DNA from: Macrostomum lignano
Lineage: Eukaryota
DNA: 64,000 nucleotides
Reading direction: 5' to 3'
Assembly (NCBI GenBank): GCA_002269645.1
Contig: NIVC01001745.1
Location: 62,001-126,000, forward strand
Positions 30,301-43,500 of this stretch are shown here, piece by piece (positions within the stretch are counted from its first letter, which is position 1; every line of letters begins with the position of its first letter). The notes beneath the pieces were generated by a model. That model made no database searches. It saw only the letters and a program-made list of their open reading frames with translations, and was not told the DNA's origin. The translations under genes were made by a program, and so were the position numbers.

Positions 30301-33300
30301 TGTGTTTATATAAGGGATGGAGACAGGTGTCTGTAAATGAGTGAAGACAGGTGTCTGTAAATGAGTGAAGACAGGTGTCTATAAGTGCTAGAGACAGGTG
30401 TCTGTAAGCGGTGGAGACAGGTGTCTGTAAGCGGTGGAGACAGGTGTCTGTAAGGGCGCTAGATATAGGTGTCTACAAGGGGCTAGAGACAGGTGTCCAG
30501 CATTGGCAAGGACAGGTATCCAGCATTGATAAGAGACAGGTGTCCAGCATTGGTAAGACACCGGTGTCCAGCATTGGTAAGAGACAGGTGTCCAGCATTG
30601 GTAAGACACCGGTGTCCAGCATTGGTAAGAGACAGGTGTCCAGCATTGGCAAGAGACAGGTGTCCAGCATTGGCAAGAGACAGGTGTCCAGCATTGGCAA
30701 GGACAGGTGTCCAGCATTGGCAAGGACAGGTGTCCAGCATTGGCAAGAGACAGGTGTCCAGCATTGGCAAGAGACAGGTGTCCAGCATTGGCAAGAGACA
30801 GGTGTCCAGCATTGGCAAGGACAGGTGTCCAGCATTGGCAAGGACAGGTGTCCAGCATTGGCAAGGACAGGTGTCCAGCATTGGCAAGAGACAGGTGTCC
30901 AGCATTGGCAAGAGACAGGTGTCCAGCATTGGCAAGAGACAGATGTCCAGCATTGGCAAGAGACAGGTGTCCGTATCTGAAGCCCCCTTCACTCTCGCAG
31001 GCCAGCAGCTTTCAGCTGGACGCGGCCGGCCGCCTGGCTCCCCAATCGGCTAAGCGAGTTCCGCTACAATCCGAGCACGTGATGTGGAACCTGCTGCTGC
31101 AGCTGGCCAGCGCTGTGCGCTACTGCCACGCCCGGCTCAATCGAGCGGTTCGAGCCCTGGGACCCAGCAAAGTGCTTGTCGAAGACAAACAACGCCTACG
31201 CGTCAATCTTCTAGGCGCCAGAGAGATTCTCTGTGGAATTCCGGCCACGGACGAAGACGAATCCGCGGTTGCTAAGCAACAGGATTTGGTGGACTTGGGC
31301 CGCCTGCTGTTGGTGCTGGCTTGCGGCACCCCGCTAGCCTTGCAGGATCTCAACGCCGCTATGGAGCTGGTGGGGCGGTCCTATTCCAAGGACCTGGCCA
31401 GTGTCATGCACCAGCTGTTGTATGGAGTCAGCAAGTGAGGCGCTTTGCGGGTTAGATTAGCAATCCATTCTATGATTCCTTCACCACTAGATTAGCAATC
31501 CACTCTATGATTCCTTCACCACTAGATTAGCAATCCACTCTATGATTCCCTCATCACTAGATTAGCAATCCATTCTATGATTCCCTCACCACTAGATTAT
31601 CAATCCATTCTATGATTCCTTCACCACTAGATTAGCAATCCATTCTATGATTCCTTCACCACTAGATTAGCAATCCACTCTATGATTCCCTCATCACTAG
31701 ATTAGCAATCCACTCTATGATTCCCTCACCACTAGATTAGCAATCCACTCTATGATTCCCTCATCACTAGATTAGCAATCCATTCTATGATTCCCTCACC
31801 ACTAGATTAGCAATCCATTCTATGATTCCTTCACCACTAGATTAGCAATCCACTCTATGATTCCCTCACCACTAGATTAGCAATCCACTCTATGATTCCT
31901 TCACCACTAGATTAGCAATCCACTCTATGATTCCCTCACCACTAGATTAGCAATCCACTCTATGATTCCCTCACCACTAGATTAGCAATCCATTCTATGA
32001 TTCCTTCACCACTAGATTAGCAATCCACTCTATGATTCCCTCACCACTAGATTAGCAATCCACTCTATGATTCCCTCACCACTAGATTAGCAATCCACTC
32101 TATGATTCCCTCACCACTAGATTAGCAATCCACTCTATGATTCCCTCACCACTAGATTAGCAATCCACTCTATGATTCCCTCACCACTAGATTAGCAATC
32201 CATTCTATGATTCCTTCACCACTAGATTAGCAATCCACTCTATGATTCCCTCACCACTAGATTAGCAATCCACTCTATGATTCCCTCACCACTAGATTAG
32301 CAATCCACTCTATGATTCCCTCACCACTAGATTAGCAATCCACTCTATGATTCCCTCACCACTAGATTAGCAATCCATTCTATGATTCCCTCATCACTAG
32401 ATTAGCAATTCACTCTATTCCATTACCCTACCTGCATTCCAGGTCCATATATGACGTGATGCCAGCCATCGGTGCCAGATTTTTCGATCACCTGTGCGAG
32501 TCCCAGCTTCGAGTAGACTTTCTCGAGTTGCAGCTCACCCGCCAGCTAGAGAATGGCCGCCTGTTGCGTCTCATCTCGAAATTGAGCACCGTCTGCGAGA
32601 GGGAAATGCCGTCTGAGCCGTCCTGGACCGACTCCACTGACAGGCAAATGCTGCGCCTGTTTCGCGATTTCGTCTTCCACCAGACTGACAGCTCGGGCGG
32701 ATTTCCTTGGATCGACCTGGCGCACATTGTCAGCTGCTTGCAGAAGGTTGGGGTCACCTAGTAGTCATTGGGTTGGCATACACATTGACTTACCCATCTG
32801 ACCATCGACCTGACCCTCATCCGCACACCTGACCCACCACCTGACCCTCATGCGCACACCTGAACAACCACCTGACCCTCATGCGGATACCAGACATGAT
32901 CTTTGGTTCATCGACATACCAGACTCATTCCTGACCCTCAGCTCTTCCGCATCCATGGCTCATGCCTATGCCTGACCCATGGCTCATCCCTATCCCTGAC
33001 CCATGGCTCATCCCTATCCCTGACCCATGGCTCATCCCTATCCCTGACCCATGGCTCATCCCTATCCCTGACCCATGGCTCATCCCTATCCCTGACCCAT
33101 GGCTCATCCCTATCCCTGACCCATGGCTCATCTCTATCCCAGACCCATGGCTCATCCCTATCCCTGACCCATGGCTCATCTCTATCCCAGACCCATGGCT
33201 CATCCCTATCCCTGACCCATGGCTCATCCCTATCCCTGACCCATGGCTCATCCCTATCCCTGACCCATGGCTCATCCCTATGCCTGACCCATGGCTCATC

Positions 33301-33989
33301 CCTATCCCTGACCCATGGCTCATCCCTATGCCTGACCCATGGCTCATCCCTATCCCTGACCCATGGCTCATCCCTATCCCTGACCCATGGCTCATCCCTA
33401 TCCCTGACCCATGGCTCACCCCTATCCCTGACCCATGGCTCACCCCTATCCCTGACCCATGGCTCATCCCTATGCCTGACCCATGGCTCATCCCTATCCC
33501 TGACCCATGGCTCATCCCTATGCCTGACCCATGGCTCATCCCTATCCCTGACCCATGGCTCATCCCTATCCCTGACCCATGGCTCATCCCTATCCCTGAC
33601 CCATGGCTCATCCCTATGCCTGACCCATGGCTCATCCCTATCCCTGACCCATGACTCATCCCTATCCCTGACCCATGGCTCATCCCTATCCTTGACCCAT
33701 GGCTCGCACCTGACGGACACCTAATGGGATAAAAATCAGAACCCACCTTCGCCCGCAGCTGGACATGGGCTCGCAGCAGCGGCTCTGTCTTGTGTCGCGC
33801 GACTCCCAGCAGGTCATGCTAGTCACCTACGCCGAGGTGAAACAGTGGCTGGACTCGTGCTGCGCCCAGCTCAACAAGCTGATGGAGGCCGGCATGCGTC
33901 AGCAGGCGGAGTTCTACTCCGGTACCCAGCCGCAGGCCGATAACCCAGCCGCTGCCTGGTCCGAAGGTCCGCCGCCATCGGCTGTGTGA
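27347..33989 (+). CDS. pan3: PAN2-PAN3 deadenylase subunit PAN3 (pseudokinase + coiled coil + knob; ~660 aa)
   Basis: Confident exons 28803-29204, 29736-30104, 31001-31434, 32443-32746, 33759-33989; probable N-terminal exons 27347-27442 and 27529-27675 (27752-27940 possible). Motifs CYKAYN, LVTDFYPG, QQDLVDLGRLLLVLAC, KSIYDVMPAIGARF, LENGRLLRLISKL, DRQMLRLFRDFVFHQ, LDMGSQQRLCLVSRD. Confidence 0.9.
28115..28540. repeat. Degenerate ~26-bp pyrimidine-rich repeat (TTTGATCTCATGATCTCATCTCTCAG) in a pan3 intron
   Basis: About 15 divergent copies. Confidence 0.8.
29400..29660. repeat. 31-bp minisatellite (GATTAGAGTGGGAGATCATTCAGATCGAGAG)n, ~8 copies, pan3 intron
   Basis: Direct tandem repeat. Confidence 0.9.
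30190..30972. repeat. 23-24-bp minisatellite (GAGACAGGTGTCCAGCATTGGCAA)n with a degenerate 5' part, pan3 intron
   Basis: Direct tandem repeat ending ~30 nt before the acceptor at 31000. Confidence 0.95.
31448..32420. repeat. 35-bp minisatellite (ACTAGATTAGCAATCCACTCTATGATTCCCTCACC)n, ~27 copies, pan3 intron
   Basis: Fills almost the whole intron 31435-32442. Confidence 0.97.
32955..33705. repeat. 24-bp minisatellite (CCCTGACCCATGGCTCATCCCTAT)n, ~31 copies, last pan3 intron
   Basis: Direct tandem repeat; source of the four repetitive ORFs at 32903-33746. Confidence 0.97.
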
Positions 33990-34349
33990 GGCCAGAATTC
34001 TGTACAACTACTATCAGTAGCTAATGAGGACTTATTTTAAAAGGCCAACTTTCTCAAGTCCTAGAAGGTTAACAAATTATTTTTTGTCATTCGCGTGCTC
34101 CCGTTGCTTTTAACAGACTGCTTCCAGCGCCAACACTGTATTGCTGCTCTAGTTCCCGTCGAGTTCCGATTCTTTCTTGCAGCTGAGCTCGTTCCTCCGT
34201 TCCTAGACTTCTCTCTGATTGCCGCAATTTAATCGGAACAATTTATAAAACCCAGGTTTAACTCTCAGTTGATTGAGAAAATCCCAATCCCAGATCTAAT
34301 TTTATTGCCCGGAAATCTAATCAATAGTAACTTCTTGTATCAGTTCATC

Positions 34350-35480
34350 GAATCCCAAATCCCATCAAATAGTGGAATCCCAAATCCCATCAGATAGTGG
34401 AATCCCTAATCCCATCAGATAATCGAATCCCAAATCCCATCAGATAGTCGCATCTAAAATCCCATAATCTAATAGAATCCCAAATCCCATCAGATAGTGG
34501 AATCCCAAATCCCATCAGATAATCGAATCCCAAATCCCATCAGATAGTGGAATCCCAAATCCCATCAGATAATCGAATCCCAAATCCCATCAGATAGTGG
34601 AATCCCTAATCCCATCAGATAATCGAATCCCAAATCCCATCAGATAGTGGAATCCCAAATCCCATCAGATAATCGAATCCCAAATCCCATCAGATAGTGG
34701 AATCCCTAATCCCATCAGATAATCGAATCCCAAATCCCATCAGATAGTGGAATCCCAAATCCCATCAGATAATCGAATCCCAAATCCCATCAGATAGTGG
34801 AATCCCTAATCCCATCAGATAATCGAATCCCAAATCCCATCAGATAGTGGAATCCCTAATCCCATCAGATAATCGAATCCCATCAGATAATCGAATCCCA
34901 AATCCCATCAGATAGTGGAATCCCTAATCCCATCAGATAATCGAATCCCAAATCCCATCAGATAGTGGAATCCCAAATCCCATCAGATAGTGGAATCCCT
35001 AATCCCATCAGATAATCGAATCCCAAATCCCATCAGATAGTGGAATCCCAAATCTCATCAGATAGTGGAATCCCAAATCCCATCAGATAGTGGAATCCCA
35101 AATCCCATCAGATAGTGGAATCCCAAATCCCATCAGATAATCGAATCCCAAATCCCATCAGATAGTGGAATCCCAAATCCCATCAGATAGTGGAATCCCT
35201 AATCCCATCAGATAATCGAATCCCAAATCCCATCAGATAGTGGAATCCCAAATCCCATCAGATAGTGGAATCCCTAATCCCATCAGATAATCGAATCCCA
35301 AATCCCATCAAATAGTGGAATCCCAAATCCCATCAGATAATCGAATCCCAAATCCCATCAGATAGAGGAATCCCAAATCCCATCAGATAATTGAATCCCA
35401 ATTCCCATTGGGTAATCGAATCCTGAATCCCATCAGATAGTCGCATCTAAAATCCCATAATCTAATAGAATCCCAAATCA
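34350..35480. repeat. 25-bp minisatellite (GAATCCCAAATCCCATCAGATAGTG / ...GATAATC), often alternating as a 50-bp higher-order repeat
   Basis: Direct tandem repeat downstream of pan3. Confidence 0.95.
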
Positions 35481-36169
35481 TAGTTCTAGTCGCCTAGAAA
35501 GTCCCTGTATGCTTTTACGCTCTGGAGTAGAGACTAATTCATTTTATCAAAAAAGTGCTCTAATCCTTGTTACTAGCATATCAGCAGAAGCAAGATCTAT
35601 GGATGTCTTTTTGCTTGCTTTGTTAGAAACAGCTGTTTGGAATTTCGCTAAATGTATACTGTGACTGTTATATGTCCATTACATTGCACTTGCTTTCTGC
35701 CCTAGTGAATGTGATTACCCACTGTAATAAATTTATTGTGGCTTAGCGAATGGCGGCATTTTTGTGTACTAATCTGCAAAATCATATTTTGTTCAATGGA
35801 TTGCCAGTCTGCCAATTGTTCTCACAGGTGGTGGGGAGGCGCGGACGCAATCCAATAGTGTATCATAAACTATGCTGCGCTTTCTGTCTATCCATACGGA
35901 TTTGGGCCATAGACTATTGCCCTAGTATTCGTGTTGTCCCTGACGCAAGAACTGTCGTTTCAGACATGCGTTTGTCTCTGTGCGTTTGTGCTGTGCGCGG
36001 AACCGAAAATTCCAGACATTGATTAAATAACTGTATTTATTATTAACAATTCTGTATTGACGATAATAATAAATTGAAAATCTAAACGCATAAAAACTAT
36101 TATAACTGCTGGAAACTTCAATTCCTATGGCTAAGTGCTTTGTTTTTCTTTTATTTTTTGCTTTTCTCT

Positions 36170-36900
36170 TTACCACCAATCCCACACAGGGAATCGCCCC
36201 CACCCCAATCCCACACAGGGATATCCCACCACCCCAATCCCACACAGGGATATCCCACCACCCCAATCCCACACAGGGAATCGCCCCCACCCCCAATCCC
36301 ACACAGGGATATCCCACCACCCCAATCCCACACAGGGAATCGCCCCCACCCCCAATCCCACACAGGGATATCCCACCACCCCAATCCCACGCAGGGATAT
36401 CCCACCACCCCAATCCCACACAGGGATATCCCACCACCCCAATCCCACACAGGGATATCCCACCACCCCAATCCCACACAGGGATATCCCACCACCCCAA
36501 TCCTACACAGGGATATCCCACCACCCCAATCCTACACAGGGATATCCCACCACCCCAATCCCACACAGGGATATCCCACCACCCCAATCCTACACAGGGA
36601 TATCCCACCACCCCAATCCTACACAGGGATATCCCCCACCCCAATCCTACACAGGGATATCCCACCACCCCAATCCTACACAGGGATATCCCACCACCCC
36701 AATCCCACACAGGGATATCCCACCACCCCAATCCCACACAGGGATATCCCACCACCCCAATCCCACACAGGGATATCCCACCACCCTAATCCCACACAGG
36801 GATATCCCACACAGGGATATCCTACACAGGGATATCCCACGCAGGGATATCCCACACAGGGATATCCCACGCAGGGATATCCCACCATCCCAATCCCACA
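36170..36900. repeat. 29-bp minisatellite (GGGATATCCCACCACCCCAATCCCACACA)n collapsing to 15-bp units at its right end
   Basis: Direct tandem repeat; source of the overlapping ORFs at 35922-36998. Confidence 0.95.
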
Positions 36901-37531
36901 CGGATGTTCTCCCACCCCATATCCCCATGCCACATTGGGGAATCAACCCCCCATCATTTATAAATGAAGCAAAGTTAGCGAACACAGTAATATTTTAAAA
37001 GTTGCGACTGTCGCTGCTTCAATGTTGTTAAAAGAGGCTTTTGTATTGGCTAAATGATTGACAAACTTAATGGATAACTTATCGAATTGGAAATTTAATA
37101 CATGTATATAAAATTTGTCAATTTTTTGTTTAAAAACTTCTCATCTCAATGGCTCTACAACAAGGAATGTTTATGGATTTTAAAAGCAACTTTAGGCCAT
37201 CCAGATCGTTAGGAATTTTGATAAAAAAGATGAGCTAAAAAATTGGAATGTTTTACACGATGGTAGCTAACTTTCGAATTGGATTCTTTTAAAATACCAA
37301 AGCTGATTAAAACAATACAAGTAATAATAGGAATACGAATAAAAATGTGCCACACATACTACTTACAAAAACTAGCAGTAGTCGAATTAAAAATATTTAG
37401 TACACTTAAATGAAGGATAAATATAAATTCATATACCAAGCAGCCTACTAAATAACTCAGTTGGCAGTAGTACACTGCGGAAATAACCGTCATTTAATGA
37501 GTTTTCGCGCACAGAAAAACAATAAGCCCCG

Positions 37532-40500
37532 TCAAACGTCGGTTGAGCCGCTAATTCCACCGGGGCCGCCGAAGGAGCCCTGGCTTGGCGGCCGGTAGTA
37601 CGAGTCCGGCGGCGGCGGCGGCTCCTGCTGGTGCTGACGGCTTGCCGGCTTTGGCGCCTTCTTCGGCTTCGGCTTAGGAGGCGGCGGAGGCGGCACCGAC
37701 TGCGGCTGCGGCTCCGAAGGCGGCGGCGGTGGGGGCGCGTAGGCGCGCAAGAAGCCGTGTTGCTCGGGCTGGTAATCCTCTGCAGAGGGTTGGGTTTAGG
37801 GAAATAAGATGCAAGGAAGAATGAATTCTCTAAGCATTTCGAATCCAATGTTAAATTCATCCTATTTGTATCTTGCTAAAGGATCAAAACCTCAAGCTAA
37901 AGGATTCCAATCTCAACCCAAACGATCAAAATCTCAAGCTAAAGGATAAAAATCTCAAGCTAAAAGATCAAAATCTCAACCTAAACGATTAAAATCCCAA
38001 GATAAAGGATCAAAACCTCAAGCTAAAGGATTCCAATCTCAACCCAAACGATCAAAATCTCAAGCTAAAGGATAAAAATCTCAAGCTAAAAGATCAAAAT
38101 CTCAACCTAAACGATTAAAATCCCAAGATAAAGGATCAAAACCTCAAGCTAAAGGATTCCAATCTCAACCCAAACGATCAAAATCTCAAGCTAAAGGATA
38201 AAAATCTCAAGCTAAAAGATAAAAATCTCAACCTAAACGATTAAAATCCCAAGATAAAGGATAAAACCTCAAGCTAAAGGATTCCAATCTCAACCCAAAC
38301 GATCAAAATCTCAAGCTAAAGGATAAAAACCTCAAGCTAAAGGATAAAAATTCAGCTAAAAGATAAAAATCTCAAGTTAAAGATAAAAATTCAGCTAAAG
38401 GATAAAAATCTCAAGCTAAAGGATAAAAATTCAGCTAAAAGATAAAAATCTCAAGTTAAAGATAAAAATTCAGCTAAAGGATAAAAACCTCAAGCTAAAG
38501 GATAAAAATTCAGCTAAAAGATAAAAATCTCAAGTTAAAGATAAAAATTCAGCTAAAAGATAAAAATCTCATGTTAAAGATAAAAATTCAGCTAAAGGAT
38601 AAAAATCTCAAGCTAAAGGATAAAAATTCAGCTAAAAGATAAAAATCTCAAGTTAAAGATAAAAATTCAGCTAAAGGATAAAAATCTCAAGCTAAAGGAT
38701 AAAAATTCAGCTAAAAGATCAAAATCTCAAGTTAAAGATAAAAATTCAGCTAAAGGATAAAAATCTCAAGCTAAAGGATAAAAATCTCAAGCTAAAGGAT
38801 AAAAATCTCAAGCTAAAAGATCAAAATCTCAACCTAAACGATTAAAATCCCAAGATAAAGGATCAAAACCTCAAGCTAAAGGATTCCAATCTCAACCCAA
38901 ACGATCAAAATCTCAAGCTAAAGGATAAAAATCTCAAGCTAAAAGATAAAATCTCAACCTAAACGATCAAAACCTCAAGCTAAAGGATAAAAATCTCAAG
39001 CTAAAGGATAAAATCTCAACCTAAACGATCAAAACCTCAAGCTAAAGGATAAAAATCTCAAGCTAAAGGATAAAATCTCAACCTAAACGATCAAAACCTC
39101 AAGCTAAAGGATAAAAATCTCAAGCTAAAGGATAAAATCTCAACCTAAACGATCAAAACCTCAAGCTAAAGGATAAAAATTCAGCTAAAAGATCAAAATC
39201 TCAAGTTAAAGATAAAAATTCAGCTAAAGGATAAAAATTCAGCTAAAGGATAAAAATTCAGCTAAAGGATAAAAATTCAGCTAAAGGATAAAAATTCAGC
39301 TAAAGGATAAAAATCTCAAGCTAAAGGATAAAAATCTCAAGCTAAAGGATAAAAATCTCAAGCTAAAGGATAAAAATCTCAAGCTAAAGGATAAAAATCT
39401 CAAGCTAAAGGATAAAAATCTCAAGCTAAAGAATAAAAATCCCAAGCTTAAGGACAAAAATCTCAAGCTAAAGAATAAAAATCCCAAGCTTAAGGACAAA
39501 AATCTCAAGCTAAAGGATAAAAGCCTTAAGCTAAAGGATCAAAATCTTAAACTAAAAGATCAAAAACACACGGCAAAGGTGCCGCAGTCCGAAATCCAGA
39601 ATCCACTCAAAACATCGGCGCACTCTTCTCACCTTCGGGCGGGTCAGAGGACCGTCTTGGCAGGCTGTCGATGGAGCCTTCGATCGAGCGTCTGCCAGGC
39701 ACTCGCGGAGCCGGCTTCGGGGCAGTTGCGGCGCCTGAACCTGGCCGGGACTAGCGGCGCTGAACGCCGGCTTGTTGACCGGGTTGTACTCGTCATCGTT
39801 GTAGGGCGGCGAGGCGGGAGCGGCGGCGTACGAGGCGGCGGCGGCCGACATCGGTGGGGGTTCGTCGCCGCCTAAGTAGAAATGAAAAGTGGTTAGGTGC
39901 GTCGCTAAAATATGTCGCTGAAATGTGTGGGTAGAATGTCGCTGAAATGTGTGGGTAGAATGTCGCTGAGATGTGTGGGTAGAATGTCGCTGAGATGTGT
40001 GGGTAGAATGTCGCTGAGATGTGTGGGTAGAATGTCGCTGAGATGTGTGGGTAGAATGTCGCTGAGATGTGTGGGTAGAATGTTGCTGAGATGTGTGGGT
40101 AGAATGTCGCTGAGATGTGTGGGTAGAATGTCGCTGAGATGTGTCGGTAGACTCACTGCTCATGAAGGTGTGGGGCTTGTTCTCCATGGGCGGCTCATCT
40201 GGTTCGAAGTCGCCTTCTCCGCCAGCGGCAGCGGCAGCTCCACTCTGGAAGCCGGAGGCGTAGGGCCCGCCGAACCCGGCGCCCAGCTGTGGTTCATCCT
40301 CCTGCGGCAGCAGCTTGCCTCGCTTGGCTGAAGTGCGCAAGATTTGTAGAGTTTTAATGCTAATCTCATTACAGTGAGCATTAATTATTAGGAAACTATA
40401 TGTATCAAATATACATCAAATATCACATCATGGGAATCCGAATCCCATCATTAGAGAATCCCGAATCCCATCATAAGAATCCCGAATCCCATCATGAGAT

Positions 40501-43500
40501 AATCCCAAATCCCATCATTAGAGAATCCTAAATCCCATCATGAGAATCGCATCATGAGAGAATCCCGAATCCCATCATTAGAGAATCCCGAATCCCATCA
40601 TTAGAGAATCCCGAATCACATCATGAGAAAATCCCGAATCCCATCATTAGAGAATCCCGAATCGCATCATTAGAGAATCCCGAATCCCATCATTAGAGAA
40701 CCCCGAAACCCATCATGAGATAATCTCAAATCCCATCATTAGAGAATCCCAAATCCCATCATGAGAATCGCATCATGAGAGAATCCCGAATCCCATCATT
40801 AGAGAACCCCGAATCCCATCATAAGTCCCATCACGAGAGAATACTTTACCTTCCAGTCGCCGCTTGCGCACGAAGAACAGGAAGATGATGAGCGCGATGA
40901 GGGCCAGCAGGATGAGCACCATGCAGATGAACCAGGTGGCGCTGGCGCCCCGCAGAGCGTTCGGGCTGGGTTCGCCTCCCGTCTGCATCCGGACAATGTC
41001 GCTGTATGACGTCATCGCGGCGCCATTCGTGGCCACAACGCGGATGTCGTACCAGGCGTCGTTCTCCAGGCCGTCGATCTGAATCCATCGGTTGCGATAC
41101 TCGCGCTGCGTCTCAAACCATTTGTTGCGGCCTGGAAATGAGAAATAGATAAACGGATTAAAGGACTTCCTAAATGGAAGTTAATGCCGATTCCTTGGCA
41201 CTTATAGCGCAGCTCACCTGGCATCCGGTACTGCACATAGAACACCGAACCGGACACTCCAGCGGTGGACGGAGCGAAGGTGACGTTGAACGCCTGCTGG
41301 CCGATGGCGCTAACAGAGAAGGTCGGCGGACTGGGCGCTTTGTTAGGCGGCGCGGTGCGCACGTCCAGAAAGTTGGGCTCGCCGTTGCCCTGAGGGAAGG
41401 AAGATTCCGGATCTTCTTAGCATAGCTCGTAGTATAAAACCGGAAGCAAGCAAAAAACTAGTCTAAGAAGAACCGGAAGTAATCAAAACTTGTCGTAACA
41501 GGACCGGAACTAATAAAAACCGTCAAAACAAAGCCGGAAGTATTGAAAACCCGTCTAAACAGGACCGGAAGTAATAAAAACCCGTCTAAACAGGACCGGA
41601 AGTAATAAAAACCCGTCTAAACAGGACCGGAAGTAATAAAAACCCGTCTAAACAGGACCGGAAGTAATAAAAACCCGTCTAAACAGGACCGGAAGTAATA
41701 AAAACTCGTCTAAACAGGACCGGAAGTGATAAAAACTAGTCTAAACAGTAGCGGGGAATAATAAAAACCAGTATAAACGAAACCGGAAATCTTATCTGAA
41801 CGGGACTTTTGGTCAAACAAGCAATCAGCAGTTCCAATCCATGGCAATGCTTACCACTGCAGTCCTGGCGTACAGGTACACCCGGTAGTTAGTGTCGGGC
41901 TTGAGGCCGGTGACGGCCCCGCGGGTCTGGGTTGGGTCAGTCAGCGGCGGCGCCAGGGTGAGGTAGCCCAGACTGAGCCCGTTGATCTCCTGGTAGGCCA
42001 TCTGATAGCCGATGAGGCGCCCGTTAGGCTGCGGCGGCACCTGCCAGTCGAATTCCAGGTGGTTGACGCCCGTGACTGACAGGACGAAGTCTCCGACCTG
42101 CAATGCGCGACGAAAATGACGCCGTTCTTCAGTACCCCCTCCCTGATTCTTCAGTGCCCTATGACCTGATTCTTCAGTGCCCTATGACCCGATTCTTCAG
42201 TGCCCTATGACCCGATTCTTCAGTGCCCTATGACCCGATTCTTCTTTGCCCTATGACCCGATTCTTCAGTGCCCTATGACCCGATTCTTCAGTGCCCTAT
42301 GACCCGATTCTTCAGTGCCCTATGACCCGATTCTTCAGTGCCCTCTTCCCGATTCTTCAGTGCCGCCACTCACCTGTCCCGGGGTGCCCTCCTTAGTAGT
42401 GAACTCAACCGTGGCGCTGGGCGGGCCGGCGTAGTACTTGTTGAGCACCCTGACCCAGGCCCGGATGGTGGTGGAGCCGGGCAGATGAGTCAGCTTGCCA
42501 TTATAAGTGAAGGCGGCCACCGCCTGCCGCTTGGTTCTCGTATTCAACGTGCCAACCATAGACGGGCCATCAATAGCTCGGAATATGAAATCTTGGAAGC
42601 GCTTCTTGACCAGACAATCAGCGGCCGTCAAATTGCTCAGACACCATTCGACTCGGAAGCCGCGAAAGTAGCCACGAATTCTGTCGACATCTTTCTCTGG
42701 ATCGCTTTGCATCGACCAGCTGAGTAAGACGCTGTCCGACTGTAGCGGATCCGAGCCCGAGCCGCTGTCCAGAGCAAAATTATCGGGCGATACGGTCGGT
42801 GCCTCCTCGCCAGAGTAGCCAACCGACTCCGGCCTTGTTGCGCTGCTGTCGCCCTCAGAATTCCTGGCATAGATACTCAGTCTGTACTTTTTGAATACTT
42901 CGATATTGTAGCGAGTGTTGCCGACGTACAGATCGTTGAATTCCACTTTCTCTTGTCGAGGATTCACTATTTGGGTCTCGTTCCTGCTGCCTTTGGGCAT
43001 TGTGACGCAGTTCATGCATTCCACAATTAGCACGTAGCTCACTTTCTCGCCGTTATAGTCCAGCGGCGAGAGCGGGGTCCAGTAGACCACCAGATTCTGG
43101 GGCCGGTTGCCTTCCGCCCACAGATTTGTTGGGTTCACCGAAGGAATTTTCGGCTGCAGCCGACACGAGGGTGACGTCACCGATCTGCGGTGCGGGGAAG
43201 AAGGGTTGGAGGAAGGTGTCAGGTGGGGAGAGTGTCAGGTGGGGAAGGTGTCAGGAGGGAAAGGTGTCAGGTGGGGAGGGTGTCAGGTGGGGAAGGTGTC
43301 AGGTGGGGAGGGTGTCAGGTGGGGAGGGTGTCAGATGGGGAGGGTGTCAGATGGGGAGGGTGTGAGGTGGGGAGGGTGTAAGTGTGGGGAAGGTGTCAGG
43401 TGGGGAGGGTGTGAGGTGGGGAGGGTGTCAGATGGGGAGGGTGTCAGGTGGGGAAGGTGTCAGGAGGGGAGGGTGTCAGATGGGGAAGGTGTCAGATGGG

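Noticed and set aside
31448-32420. CRISPR-like appearance of the 35-bp and 29-bp arrays
   Set aside because: Units are head-to-tail with no unique spacers, there are no cas genes, and the context is eukaryotic introns.
30388-36998. Multiple overlapping 100-290-aa repetitive ORFs on both strands
   Set aside because: Translations of 23-, 24- and 29-bp tandem repeats in introns or intergenic DNA.
37429-37860. Arg/Ser-rich 143-aa ORF suggesting an SR protein
   Set aside because: Shadow frame of the Pro-rich neuroglian terminal exon; no RRM. It becomes relevant only if the 39747 frameshift is real.
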